Source: Minisyncoccota bacterium (GTDB lineage Bacteria > Patescibacteriota > Minisyncoccia > Phycocordibacterales > UBA12079). From it: DNA of 36,588 nucleotides. The DNA is taken from assembly GCA_023140255.1 (NCBI GenBank), contig JAGLLX010000002.1, positions 1 through 36,588 of the forward strand, in the 5' to 3' direction. Under the pieces are notes generated by a model that saw nothing but the letters and a program-made list of their open reading frames with translations, was not told the DNA's origin and did no database searches. The position numbers and the translations under genes were made by a program. Positions 15,411 to 25,367 of this stretch are shown here, one piece after another; the stretch's first letter is position 1; the number at the start of each line of letters is the position of its first letter.

Positions 15411-17096
15411 ATGCGTAAAGATATAAAAGCAAAATTAAAAGAAATGCCAGAACTACTTACTATTGGACAAGTAGCCGAGGTTTTTTCTATCCATCCTGAT
15501 ACTCTTAGAAATTGGGATAAAGAAGGTATTTTGGTTCCTTTGCGAGTAGGAACAAGAAAAGACCGAAAATATAGACCTCAAGATATTCAAACTATTATGG
15601 ATAAAATGGGTAGTAAACTTACACTTCCCCAACTAGAGCAATTCCTTTGGAAAAGTGCTGATATTCTTCGAGGTAAAATTGATGGTTCTGATTATAAGAA
15701 ATATATTTTTGGACTACTTTTCTTCAAAAGAATTAGCGATGTTTGGGATGAAGAATACAAAAAAACAAAAAAAGAGTATGGGGATAAAAAAATTGCTCGT
15801 GCTGATTACAATCATCGCTTCCAAGTTCCTAGAGAATGTCGTTGGGCTGTCGTAGAAGAACAAGCAGAAAATATTGGTCAAAAACTTAATGAGATTTTTG
15901 ATAAGTTAGCAAATGCTAATAGTCCTAAATTAGATAAAATTTTTGATGATTTGGACTTTGCTAATAAAGATCGTTTCCCTAATGAAACCACTCAACGATT
16001 AATAAATCATTTTTCTCAATATAATTTTGGTGATACCTATATAAGTTCGGATTTGCTTGGAGATGCATATGAATATCTAATTAAACAATTCGCAGCGGAT
16101 GCAGGAAAAAAAGGTGGTGAATTTTATACGCCACGAGAAGTTGAAAAAGTTATTGTTGAAATTTTAAAACCTCACAAAAAAGATCATATCTATGATCCAA
16201 CTGCCGGATCGGGAGGATTTCTTCTTGAATCTTTTCATTATTTAAAAAATAAAGAAAATGAATCAGTAGCAAGAACTCTCTATTTAAACGGACAAGAGTT
16301 AAATATAGGAACTTTCGCAATTGCAAAAATAAATATGTTTTTGCACGGACTAGACGGAGCTGACATTCAGAGAGGAGATACTTTAGCAAATCCACAATTT
16401 CTAAATCCAAATGGAAGCTTGAAAACTTTTGATATTGTTGTGGCAAATTTTCCGTACGCAATCAAAGATTATGAATACAATATTTTAAAAACAAATAAAT
16501 ACGGAAGAATTGATGGATATGAAATGCCTCCTAAGAAAAATGCTGATTATGCTTTTATCTTACATATAATTAAATCAATGAATTCAAACGGAAGAGCAGG
16601 GGTTGTTGTTCCTCATGGGGTTTTATTCAGAGCAGGAGCTGAAGGTCGCATCCGAGAACAAATATTAAAAAATGATTTAATTGACACTATCGTTACTCTC
16701 CCTCCAAAACTCTTTTATGGAACAGGAATTCCTGCATCTATTCTCATTTTTAATAAAAATAAAACAGAGGGAAGAAAAAATAAAGTTTTGTTTATCAATG
16801 CTGAAAAAGAATTTTCAGAGGATAAAAATCAAAATTCACTTCGTGTTCAAGATATTCAAAAAATAGCAAAGACATACGATAAGTATAAAGATATTGAAAA
16901 TTATGCTCGTGTGGTTGATCTAAAAGAGATAGCAGAAAATAAATACAATTTGAATGTAAGTCTTTATATTGAAAATGGAGAAAAAGAAGAAGAGATTGAT
17001 GTTTCTGTTGTTAAAAAGGAATTAATTCAATTAGAAAAAGAACGAACTAAAATTGATAAAAAAGTCGAAGGGTTTTTAAAAATACTTAAATATTAA
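15411..17096 (+). CDS. hsdM: Type I R-M methyltransferase subunit with N-terminal MerR-type HTH
   Basis: LLTIGQVAEVFSIHPDTLRNWDKEG HTH; LWKSADILRG, GEFYTP, DPTAGSGGFL, NFPY, GVLFR. Confidence 0.95.
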   Translation: MRKDIKAKLKEMPELLTIGQVAEVFSIHPDTLRNWDKEGILVPLRVGTRKDRKYRPQDIQTIMDKMGSKLTLPQLEQFLWKSADILRGKIDGSDYKKYIFGLLFFKRISDVWDEEYKKTKKEYGDKKIARADYNHRFQVPRECRWAVVEEQAENIGQKLNEIFDKLANANSPKLDKIFDDLDFANKDRFPNETTQRLINHFSQYNFGDTYISSDLLGDAYEYLIKQFAADAGKKGGEFYTPREVEKVIVEILKPHKKDHIYDPTAGSGGFLLESFHYLKNKENESVARTLYLNGQELNIGTFAIAKINMFLHGLDGADIQRGDTLANPQFLNPNGSLKTFDIVVANFPYAIKDYEYNILKTNKYGRIDGYEMPPKKNADYAFILHIIKSMNSNGRAGVVVPHGVLFRAGAEGRIREQILKNDLIDTIVTLPPKLFYGTGIPASILIFNKNKTEGRKNKVLFINAEKEFSEDKNQNSLRVQDIQKIAKTYDKYKDIENYARVVDLKEIAENKYNLNVSLYIENGEKEEEIDVSVVKKELIQLEKERTKIDKKVEGFLKILKY

Positions 17097-17100
17097 TGAT

Positions 17101-18543
17101 ATGATTAAAAATGATACTAATATGAATTTGGTTAAAAAAGAAGAAGATTCAACTCAAGCATTGCAGTTATTTGAAGAGCTTGTATTAAAAAGTATAGAAT
17201 CATACGGTCTGCCTGTCAGAAATGTTTTAGTTGCAACAGAAGAAAGAGCCGTTATATTTAAAAATATGTTGCCTGTTTTGCAAAAAGTAGAACCTAGTAA
17301 AATAAAAGATTCTGTTTATATTTCAAAATTTTTAGCAGCTTCTGCTGTAGGTTTATTTGACGCTGCTTTAAATTATTTATGGGATGAAACTATTTCAGAA
17401 ATTCGGAAAAGGGCGGTTATTTATGACATACAATATTTTTATGATAATGCAACGAATAGCGAAAGAAAGAGAAAGAAATTAAAAAAAGAAGAAGATATTA
17501 TTAAGTTAGACGATCACGAGCTTATACAAGGTGCTCGTAAAATAGGTTTAATTTCAGAAATTGGATATAAACATCTAGATTTTATAAGATTTAATAGAAA
17601 TTGGGCTAGTGCAGCTCATCCAAACCAGAATAAATTAACGGGATTAAAATTGATTTCTTGGCTGGAGACTTGTGTTGAGGAGGTTATCTCATTACCTCTT
17701 TCTAATGTTGCTATTGAAATACAGAAATTATTAATAAACATTAAGAGTAATGAAATTACAGAAGAAGATTCTAAAAAAATAATTTCTTTTTTTGATGAGC
17801 TTCCACAAAAACAAGCAAATAATTTAGCTTTGGGTTTTTTGGGAATATATACAGATGAAGATATATCTCCCACAACTCGTCAAAATATAAAATATTTAGC
17901 TCCTTCTCTGTGGGAAATGATTGAAGAGGAAACAAAAGTAAATATAGGGATACGTTATGGAAAGTTTATGGCTAATAACGATGAAAGCGGAGCTTCTTTG
18001 ATAAGAGGTTTCTTGGATATGGTTGAAGGGTCTTCGTATATTCCTGAAAATATAAAAATAGTTGAGATAGAAGATGCTATGGAAAATTTATTAGACATTC
18101 ACCATGCAATAAATAATTTTCACAATGAACCTATATTTGCAAAAGAGTTATACAATATTATTGGTAAAGATAATAAAATTCCTTCATCTATAATGAAAAA
18201 AACAGTATTTGGTATTATAGAAGTTTTTTTAACGAACGGGTATGGTGTAGCTTTTTGTGCCGAAAAATACTATATAGAATTGATTAAACAATTTAGTCAA
18301 AAAGAAGCCTTTTTTGCACTTATTTCTTTTACTGAAGAAGGAATAGCAAGTACTTTACAATTTTCTTTATGTGAAAATAAATATAGAGAATTATTAAATT
18401 TAATTAAAGACAAACTTACTTCTAGCGTTATTTTAGAGTTATTTGAAAAGGTTAGAAAATTTCAAGGAGATATTAGTTTAATTGGAAAAGATACAGATAT
18501 CAAACAAAAAATAGCTAATGCAAAAGTTATTTTAAAAAAATAA
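17101..18543 (+). CDS. Hypothetical 480-aa protein with HEPN-like RN-x5-H motif
   Basis: Intact ORF between hsdM and hsdS; RNWASAAH at 17596-17619 in an all-helical context. Confidence 0.6.
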   Translation: MIKNDTNMNLVKKEEDSTQALQLFEELVLKSIESYGLPVRNVLVATEERAVIFKNMLPVLQKVEPSKIKDSVYISKFLAASAVGLFDAALNYLWDETISEIRKRAVIYDIQYFYDNATNSERKRKKLKKEEDIIKLDDHELIQGARKIGLISEIGYKHLDFIRFNRNWASAAHPNQNKLTGLKLISWLETCVEEVISLPLSNVAIEIQKLLINIKSNEITEEDSKKIISFFDELPQKQANNLALGFLGIYTDEDISPTTRQNIKYLAPSLWEMIEEETKVNIGIRYGKFMANNDESGASLIRGFLDMVEGSSYIPENIKIVEIEDAMENLLDIHHAINNFHNEPIFAKELYNIIGKDNKIPSSIMKKTVFGIIEVFLTNGYGVAFCAEKYYIELIKQFSQKEAFFALISFTEEGIASTLQFSLCENKYRELLNLIKDKLTSSVILELFEKVRKFQGDISLIGKDTDIKQKIANAKVILKK

Positions 18544-18555
18544 AATCTTAAATTG

Positions 18556-19710
18556 ATGAAAACTAAAGAAAAACAAAAAAATATTCCAAAAGGTTGGAAA
18601 ATTAAGAAAATTAAAGACTTACTTGATTACGAAAGACCTGATAATTATATCGTCAAAAATACTAATTATAGAGATGACAAAAAGATCCCAGTACTTACAG
18701 CAAACAAATCATTCATTTTAGGTTATACAGATGAAGATTTTGGTATTTATGAAAATACTCCAACTATAATTTTTGATGATTTTACTACAGATAGTAAGTA
18801 TGTTGATTTTCCTTTTAAAGTTAAATCATCGGCTATAAAAATTTTAAAAGAAAAAAATAATGACATAGATTTAAGGTTTGTTTATGAAAAAATGAAATCC
18901 ATTGATTTTCCAAGGGGAAATCATAAGAGATACTATATTTCTCAATATCAAGAAATGAATATTTTGACACCGCCTTTTAAAGAACAACAAAAAATTGCGG
19001 AGATTTTAGAAACGGTTGATAAAGAAATAAAAAAAACTAATGAGATTATAAACAAAACAGAAAAGTTGAAAAGAGGGATAATGCAAAAACTTTTTATTCA
19101 AAAGGATAGAGACAAAAAATTTAAAAATAGAAAAGTTAACGAAATAGCAAATGTTTTAACAGGGAAAACACCTAAACGAATAAAAAAAGAATTTTATGAA
19201 AACGGTATCTTCCCTTGGGTTAAAAGTACAGAAGTTAATTTTGAAAGAATAAAAGATACTTCTGAAAAAATAACGAAAGATGCTATTAGAATTGAAAATA
19301 TGAAAATAGTTCCAAAGGGGGCTGTTTTGGTTGCTATGTATGGACAAGGAGTAACGAGAGGAAAAAGTGCAATTTTAGATTGTGAGGCAACAACTAATCA
19401 AGCCATTGCTTCAATTGTTCCAAATTCTGAATTAACGACAGACTATTTATTCTATTGGTTATCTTTTCAGTATGAAAATCTTAGAAATTTAGGGCATGGA
19501 GGTAATCAAAAAAATTTAAATTTAGATATTATTAAAAATATAGAAATTTTTCTCCCAGATACAAACTATCAGAAAAAAATTACAAAAATTCTTTCAGCTG
19601 TTGATGAAAAAATTTCAGTTAATAAAAAGCTAAAAGAAAAATTAACTCAACTCAAAAAAGGCCTTTCTCAAGACCTTTTGAGTGGTGAGGTTAGAGTTCT
19701 AATAACATGA
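18556..19710 (+). CDS. hsdS: Type I R-M specificity subunit
   Basis: IPKGW, two TRDs, PP.KEQQKIAEIL and LP....QKKI..IL conserved helices, LK.GL.QDLL.G. Confidence 0.95.
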   Translation: MKTKEKQKNIPKGWKIKKIKDLLDYERPDNYIVKNTNYRDDKKIPVLTANKSFILGYTDEDFGIYENTPTIIFDDFTTDSKYVDFPFKVKSSAIKILKEKNNDIDLRFVYEKMKSIDFPRGNHKRYYISQYQEMNILTPPFKEQQKIAEILETVDKEIKKTNEIINKTEKLKRGIMQKLFIQKDRDKKFKNRKVNEIANVLTGKTPKRIKKEFYENGIFPWVKSTEVNFERIKDTSEKITKDAIRIENMKIVPKGAVLVAMYGQGVTRGKSAILDCEATTNQAIASIVPNSELTTDYLFYWLSFQYENLRNLGHGGNQKNLNLDIIKNIEIFLPDTNYQKKITKILSAVDEKISVNKKLKEKLTQLKKGLSQDLLSGEVRVLIT

Positions 19711-20867
19711 TTTCAAAAAAAGAGATAGAAAGAATTATAGAGTATAAATTGTTGGGGCTAAAAGCACTCGGAGCTTTTGTTGTTGTTCTTTTTCAAAGTT
19801 CTATATTTTTTATATTTTATTTTATAATTGATATCTCACTCAGTTTTTATCAAAAGTATCAAGGTGATAAGAATCAAGATCTTTCTAACGAAGAAGTAAC
19901 AACTATTAAAAAAACAGCCACAAAAACACAAAAAACTCTTGATAAATTGGCTAGAGATCAAAAAGAATACAATATGGAAGAAGTTAGAAGAAAAGAATCT
20001 CTTTCTTTATTAAATAAACTTCTTACAGAAAGTGAAGTTCGAGAAAAAGATTTGTTATCACTTACCAGCACATCAGAATATTATCAACTTTTTGTTTACA
20101 GTGCCTCTCTTAGTCGGTTAGTTAAGTCATTAGACATTCCTGATTTTGGAACACAACCAAATAGACTTTACCCGATTTTTTTAAAAGATCTTGGTTTCGC
20201 AAGATTAGGGAAAGGATCCCCCTCTCTTTTGATAAATAAAAACAATTTAAAAGAAAAAAAACTTACAGATATTAAAGAATTTAAAAAGTTCTTGATGTAT
20301 CATTTTAGTAAAGTTAGAGGTAAAGAATGGAAAGATTTTATAGAAAAAGTTAAAAGTTTTGATAAAAATAAATCACAAAAATTAAAAAAAATTAATTATA
20401 GAGATATGGGTTATTTAAAAATTAATTTTTTACTAACCGAGACAAATATGAATATTACAAATGTTGGACTTGTTGATGGTGAACATTTAGGTCTTGGAAG
20501 TGTAAAAAACGATGAAGATATAAATAGACAAATACTTTTAAGAACTAATATTAAATCTGAATCAGATAAAGAAGATTTAAAAATTCGTATTAGAAAAGTT
20601 ATAAACAAACAAGATATATCTTTTCTCTTAAATGGAATATCTAAAAAAATTAAATTAAAAATTGAATCAGAACAAGATACTATAAAAGAAAATTTAAATA
20701 TTAAAACGGTGTTAGGTTTTAGTACAATAAATGAATCTGATTTAAAAAAAGAACTTGTACGAGTAGGATTAAACGAAAAAGAATCAAAATCTGTCTCGAA
20801 TAAAATAATAAGTCGTACCCAAGAATATCAATTAGCATTAGATAACTTACAAATAAATATAGAATAA
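19707..20867 (+). CDS. Hypothetical membrane protein inside the hsd operon
   Basis: N-terminal hydrophobic segment(s); ATGA overlap with hsdS and TAATG overlap with hsdR. Confidence 0.7.
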   Translation: MISKKEIERIIEYKLLGLKALGAFVVVLFQSSIFFIFYFIIDISLSFYQKYQGDKNQDLSNEEVTTIKKTATKTQKTLDKLARDQKEYNMEEVRRKESLSLLNKLLTESEVREKDLLSLTSTSEYYQLFVYSASLSRLVKSLDIPDFGTQPNRLYPIFLKDLGFARLGKGSPSLLINKNNLKEKKLTDIKEFKKFLMYHFSKVRGKEWKDFIEKVKSFDKNKSQKLKKINYRDMGYLKINFLLTETNMNITNVGLVDGEHLGLGSVKNDEDINRQILLRTNIKSESDKEDLKIRIRKVINKQDISFLLNGISKKIKLKIESEQDTIKENLNIKTVLGFSTINESDLKKELVRVGLNEKESKSVSNKIISRTQEYQLALDNLQINIE

Positions 20868-23773
20868 TGAAATTCAACGAACAATATACAATAGAAAATC
20901 ATATCATTAAGTTCTTAGAAAAAGAGCTTAGTTATGAATACATAAAACCGAAGGACTTTGCAAAACTGCGGGAATTTGAAAATGAATATATTATTTCATC
21001 TCTTTTGCTTGATGCTATAAAAAAAATAAATAATGTTTCTGAAGATGAAGCTAAATCTGTATTACGAGAAGTTAGAAAAATAGATAATAATGAAGATTTT
21101 CTTAAAACTTTCCGTAATGGAATAAATCTCAAAGATTCTGAAACTGGGAAAATGAGAGATTACTTTATTATTGATTTTGATAATCTTGAAAATAATCGTT
21201 TTGTAGTAACCAATCAATTTTATTTTGAAGGAAATTCTGAAAATATAAGAACTGATGTTTTGGTATTTTTAAATGGTTTGCCTATTGTAAATATTGAAGC
21301 TAAAAGTCCTACCGCTTCAAGCACTGTAAATTATGCAAACGCTGTTGGACAAATAAAGAGATACGAGAGAAATGCCTTTAAACTTTTTTGGCCAAATTGT
21401 TTTAATATTGCTACTGACGGGCTAGAAACAGTTTATGGAGCTACTTATTCTCCAGCTCAGTATTTCTTGAAATGGAAAGAGGAGGAATTAAGTAAAAAAT
21501 ATGAAGAAGAACTTGAGATGACTTTATTTGCCTTATTATCGCAAGAAAGATTATTGGATATTATCAGAAATTTTATTCTTTTTGATAAAGATAAAGAACA
21601 AACCATAAAAAAAATTGCTCGATATCAACAATTAAGAGCAACTAATAAAATTGTAGAAAGAGTTAGAAAGGGAGAAGATAAAAGAGGACTTATTTGGCAT
21701 ACTCAAGGATCAGGGAAATCACTGACTATGTTTTTTACTGCATGGAAGTTACGATTTAATAAAAACTTAAAAAATCCAAAAATTTTTATCTTGGTTGATA
21801 GAATTGATTTAGATGATCAAATTTATGAAACTTTCGCAAATTGTGGAGGAGAAAATGTTGTGCGAGTAAATTCTCGTCGTGATCTTGAGAGAAAAATAAA
21901 ATCATCTGAAAGAGGAATTTTTATTTCAACTATTCAAAAGTTTTCTGAATTAGGAAATGATGTGAAAAATCTCGATGAAAATATAATTGTGCTTTCTGAC
22001 GAAGCTCACCGAGACAATGAGGGAATTTCAGCAATCAATTTAAGAAGTTCAATGGAAAATGCTTTTTTCTTTGGCTTTACAGGAACTCCTATTGATAGAA
22101 CTACTTTAAATACTCATAGAAATTTTGGAGCTGAAGGAGAAAGGTATCTTGATTATTATTCAATCAAACAAGCTATTGATGATGGAACTACTCTCCCTGT
22201 TACATATGAGGCAAGATTATCTAAATTTTTTATTGATGAAGAAAAACTTGATAAACAATTTGAAGAAATGACTGAAGGGCTTTCGGAAAAAGAAAAGGAA
22301 CAAATATCTAAAAAATATGGAAGAAAAGAAGCTATTGTAAAACTTGATAAACGAATGGAAGCAATTGCTCAAGATATTGTGGAACATTTTAAATTATATG
22401 TTGAACCCACAGGATTTAAGGCTCAGATTGTTTGTTATGATAGAGAGGCTACAGCTAAGTATAAAGAACTTCTTGATAAACTTGTCCCTAAAGACTGGTC
22501 AACCGTTATTTATTCCGCAGGTGATCCAAATACAAGTCCTGAAGAATTACAAAAATATAATACTACCAAGGCAAAAAGAGAGAAATTAATTAATGACTTT
22601 AAAGACCCTAATAGTCCTTTAAGGTTTTTATTAGTGTGCGATATGCTCTTGACTGGTTTTGATGCTCCTATTGAACAAGTGATGTATTTAGATAAGCCTC
22701 TCTGGGATCATAATCTTTTACAAGCTATTGCTAGAACCAACAGAATCTATCCAAATAAAGGAGCTGGGAAAATTATTGATTATTACGGAATAACTAAAAG
22801 TTTACATAAAGCTTTAGATTTTGATGAAAGTGAAGTTGATTCTGCGATGATTAATATAGATAAACTTAAAGAAGAATTCAAAGATATTCTAGATGAAATT
22901 ATGGATATTTTTATAAATGTAAATATTGAAGATCCTTCAATCGAGAATCTTCGTCGTTGTTTGAAAATATTTGCCGAAAATAATGAGAAGCAAAAATTCT
23001 TTAGTAATAAATATGGGCGATTAAAACTTTTGTTTGAAGTTTTGTCCCCTGATCCTTTTTTGAAAGAATTTGTGAGAAAGTTTGGATGGTTAACTAGTGT
23101 TTATATTGCTTTTAGTAAAGAATTTGGTGAAAGTGCTTATAGCTCAGAAGTTTTGGCTGAATATGGAGAAAAAGTTAAAAATTTAATTCAACAAAGAGTT
23201 GATTATGAAGGAATTACAAAAAATTTCAGGGAATTAAATATAAATGATTTATATGTGATGGAAAGACTGAATAAAATGGATGATGAAGATAAAGCTTTAA
23301 ATCTTGAAAAGATGTTGAAGCAAGAAATTTCTTTAAATGTTGATACAAATCCTGCTTACAAAAAATTTAGTGAAAGATTATCAGCCATCAGAAAAGAATT
23401 TGAGAAAAATCAAATTGATTTAGCTGAAAGAATTAAGCGATATCAAGAACTACTTGAAGATATAAAAAATAAAGGTGATGAAGCTAAAGAGCTTGGATAT
23501 TCATTAAAAGAATACGGACTTTATGTAATTTCGGAGGAATTTATTAAAGGAGACAAAAATCTGATAAGAGAATTTATTCAAGAAATGTCTAAAAGAATCG
23601 AAGGGGTTCTTGACGGAGGATGGCAAGAATCTTCTAAAAGAGATGAATTTCTGAAAGAAGTTAAACGAATTATTCAAGAATTAATACTAAAAGAATATAA
23701 AGAAAAAATAGAAGTTTCTGATTTCCATAAATATCTAAATCGTCTAGTAGACATCATAATTAAAAAATTCTGA
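20867..23773 (+). CDS. hsdR: Type I R-M restriction subunit
   Basis: D..LNGLP...EAK nuclease motif, HTQGSGKS, DEAHR, FTGTP, LTGFDAP, QAIARTNR. Confidence 0.97.
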   Translation: MKFNEQYTIENHIIKFLEKELSYEYIKPKDFAKLREFENEYIISSLLLDAIKKINNVSEDEAKSVLREVRKIDNNEDFLKTFRNGINLKDSETGKMRDYFIIDFDNLENNRFVVTNQFYFEGNSENIRTDVLVFLNGLPIVNIEAKSPTASSTVNYANAVGQIKRYERNAFKLFWPNCFNIATDGLETVYGATYSPAQYFLKWKEEELSKKYEEELEMTLFALLSQERLLDIIRNFILFDKDKEQTIKKIARYQQLRATNKIVERVRKGEDKRGLIWHTQGSGKSLTMFFTAWKLRFNKNLKNPKIFILVDRIDLDDQIYETFANCGGENVVRVNSRRDLERKIKSSERGIFISTIQKFSELGNDVKNLDENIIVLSDEAHRDNEGISAINLRSSMENAFFFGFTGTPIDRTTLNTHRNFGAEGERYLDYYSIKQAIDDGTTLPVTYEARLSKFFIDEEKLDKQFEEMTEGLSEKEKEQISKKYGRKEAIVKLDKRMEAIAQDIVEHFKLYVEPTGFKAQIVCYDREATAKYKELLDKLVPKDWSTVIYSAGDPNTSPEELQKYNTTKAKREKLINDFKDPNSPLRFLLVCDMLLTGFDAPIEQVMYLDKPLWDHNLLQAIARTNRIYPNKGAGKIIDYYGITKSLHKALDFDESEVDSAMINIDKLKEEFKDILDEIMDIFINVNIEDPSIENLRRCLKIFAENNEKQKFFSNKYGRLKLLFEVLSPDPFLKEFVRKFGWLTSVYIAFSKEFGESAYSSEVLAEYGEKVKNLIQQRVDYEGITKNFRELNINDLYVMERLNKMDDEDKALNLEKMLKQEISLNVDTNPAYKKFSERLSAIRKEFEKNQIDLAERIKRYQELLEDIKNKGDEAKELGYSLKEYGLYVISEEFIKGDKNLIREFIQEMSKRIEGVLDGGWQESSKRDEFLKEVKRIIQELILKEYKEKIEVSDFHKYLNRLVDIIIKKF

Positions 23774-23775
23774 TA

Positions 23776-24348
23776 ATGAAAAAAGATATTACATTAAAAA
23801 ATAAAAAAATCTCATACACCCTTAAAAAGAGCACGAGGGCTCGAAGAATGAGGTTGGCGGTTTATTGTGATGGAAGTATAGTCGTAACCACTCCTCTTGG
23901 TTTGAGAGGAAATATTGTAGAAAAGTTTTTAACTGAAAAAACCCAATGGTTATTTACTAAATTAAATTTTTTTAAGCAATTTGAGGGCAAAGCAATTACA
24001 AAGTATAGTCATGAAGACTATTTAAAATTTAAAAAAGAAGCCTGTATCTTAGCTGAAAATAGAATTTCTTATTTTAATAAAACATATAAATTAAAATACA
24101 ATAAAATAAGTATAAAAAATCAAAAAACCCGTTGGGGTAGTTGTTCAAAAAAAGGTAATTTAAATTTTAATTATAAGATAGCGCTTTTGCCTGAAAAAAT
24201 TTCTGATTATATTATTGTTCACGAATTATGTCACCTAAAAGAATTTAATCACTCAAAAAAATTCTGGAATTTAGTTGCTAAAGCGATTCCTGATTATTTA
24301 GAAATTAAAAAAGATCTCAAAAAAAGTGGTTATCAATTTTATAAATAA
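23776..24348 (+). CDS. YgjP/M48-like metal-dependent hydrolase (DUF45)
   Basis: KTRWGSCS, YII.HELCHL...NHS..FW; common hsdR neighbour. Confidence 0.9.
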   Translation: MKKDITLKNKKISYTLKKSTRARRMRLAVYCDGSIVVTTPLGLRGNIVEKFLTEKTQWLFTKLNFFKQFEGKAITKYSHEDYLKFKKEACILAENRISYFNKTYKLKYNKISIKNQKTRWGSCSKKGNLNFNYKIALLPEKISDYIIVHELCHLKEFNHSKKFWNLVAKAIPDYLEIKKDLKKSGYQFYK

Positions 24349-24396
24349 AGAAGTTGTATTTATAAAATAATTGAAATTTCAGAAATTTTATGCACA

Positions 24397-25065
24397 ATGA
24401 ATATTAATGTAATTATAGGAGAATTAAATAAAACTCTTTACGAAAAACAACCTAAAAAAATAAGTAGCTCATGGATAGTCCAAAATGTTCCTCGTGCATA
24501 TAGATATATACACAAAAATATTAGAACTGAAACAAATGAAATAGACTGGGATAAAGTTACAAGTCTTTTGGAAAGAGATTTTCAAAAACGTTGGGTAAGG
24601 TATCGGAGAAAAGTAGTAAAGCCTTACACAAATAAAAAAGAAGTAGACATTGTTTTAAATAAATATAAAGATAAGTTATATACATTTATTACTTCGCTTG
24701 ATGATAGTGATTTTACTTCTAGAGATAAAATTCTTATATCCCTAGTTCGTCTATCTCAAAAAGGTAATGTTCTAGCCCAACAAGAATTAGTTATTTTACT
24801 GAAATACACTGTTGATGATTGGATTGATCGTTATTACTATTTAAAAAAATGGAAGGGCTATACTGATGATGTAGAAGACAAAATAAAAGGATGTATCCGT
24901 TGTTATAGATACACAGGTTCTTTTCTTGGTTATTTATATAAAACATTAGAGTATTCAGGAAGAGGTATTGTTCCTGTTCAAAAATTTTCTCTTGATGATC
25001 CTGTATTAGATGGGGTAAGAACGAGGATTGATTATGTTGTAGTGGAGGAAGATGAAGTTAGTTGA
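24397..25065 (+). CDS. Hypothetical protein; C-terminal half resembles sigma-70 regions 2-3
   Basis: QKGNVLAQQELV, Y...GSFLGYL, FSLDDPV. Confidence 0.5.
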   Translation: MNINVIIGELNKTLYEKQPKKISSSWIVQNVPRAYRYIHKNIRTETNEIDWDKVTSLLERDFQKRWVRYRRKVVKPYTNKKEVDIVLNKYKDKLYTFITSLDDSDFTSRDKILISLVRLSQKGNVLAQQELVILLKYTVDDWIDRYYYLKKWKGYTDDVEDKIKGCIRCYRYTGSFLGYLYKTLEYSGRGIVPVQKFSLDDPVLDGVRTRIDYVVVEEDEVS

Positions 25066-25213
25066 CTAAAAGAAGAAATAAACGACGGTTAATGTTAATC
25101 GCTTCGCAACCGCCTAAAAATGAGTTAACATGTAGAATAATATCAATAAGTTTGGTATTATATTCATTAACAATTAAATATTAGTAGCCTAACCCTTTTG
25201 AATTTCAGGAGAT

Positions 25214-25366
25214 ATGGTGAAAAAATCCGCTAAAGTATAAAAGACTCCTAGTCAAAGTCACTTTAGCGGTCGTGCAGGGAAACTTGTACGGGTGGGCCTC
25301 GGTTCATCGCAATGGCTAGGAGCCTTTTGTATTCTCAAGGTTCCAACCATTTAAATCCGCTAAAGT
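25214..25366 (+). promoter_or_regulatory. Structured leader with uORF and alternative pairings
   Basis: SD AGGAG plus MVKKSAKV*; AAATCCGCTAAAGT at 25223 and 25353; complement ACTTTAGCGG at 25260; long stem 25236-25254/25313-25331. Confidence 0.65.
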
Positions 25367-25367
25367 T

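Noticed and set aside
17101-18543. Calling the inserted gene prrC or rloC
   Set aside because: No ABC-ATPase Walker motifs visible
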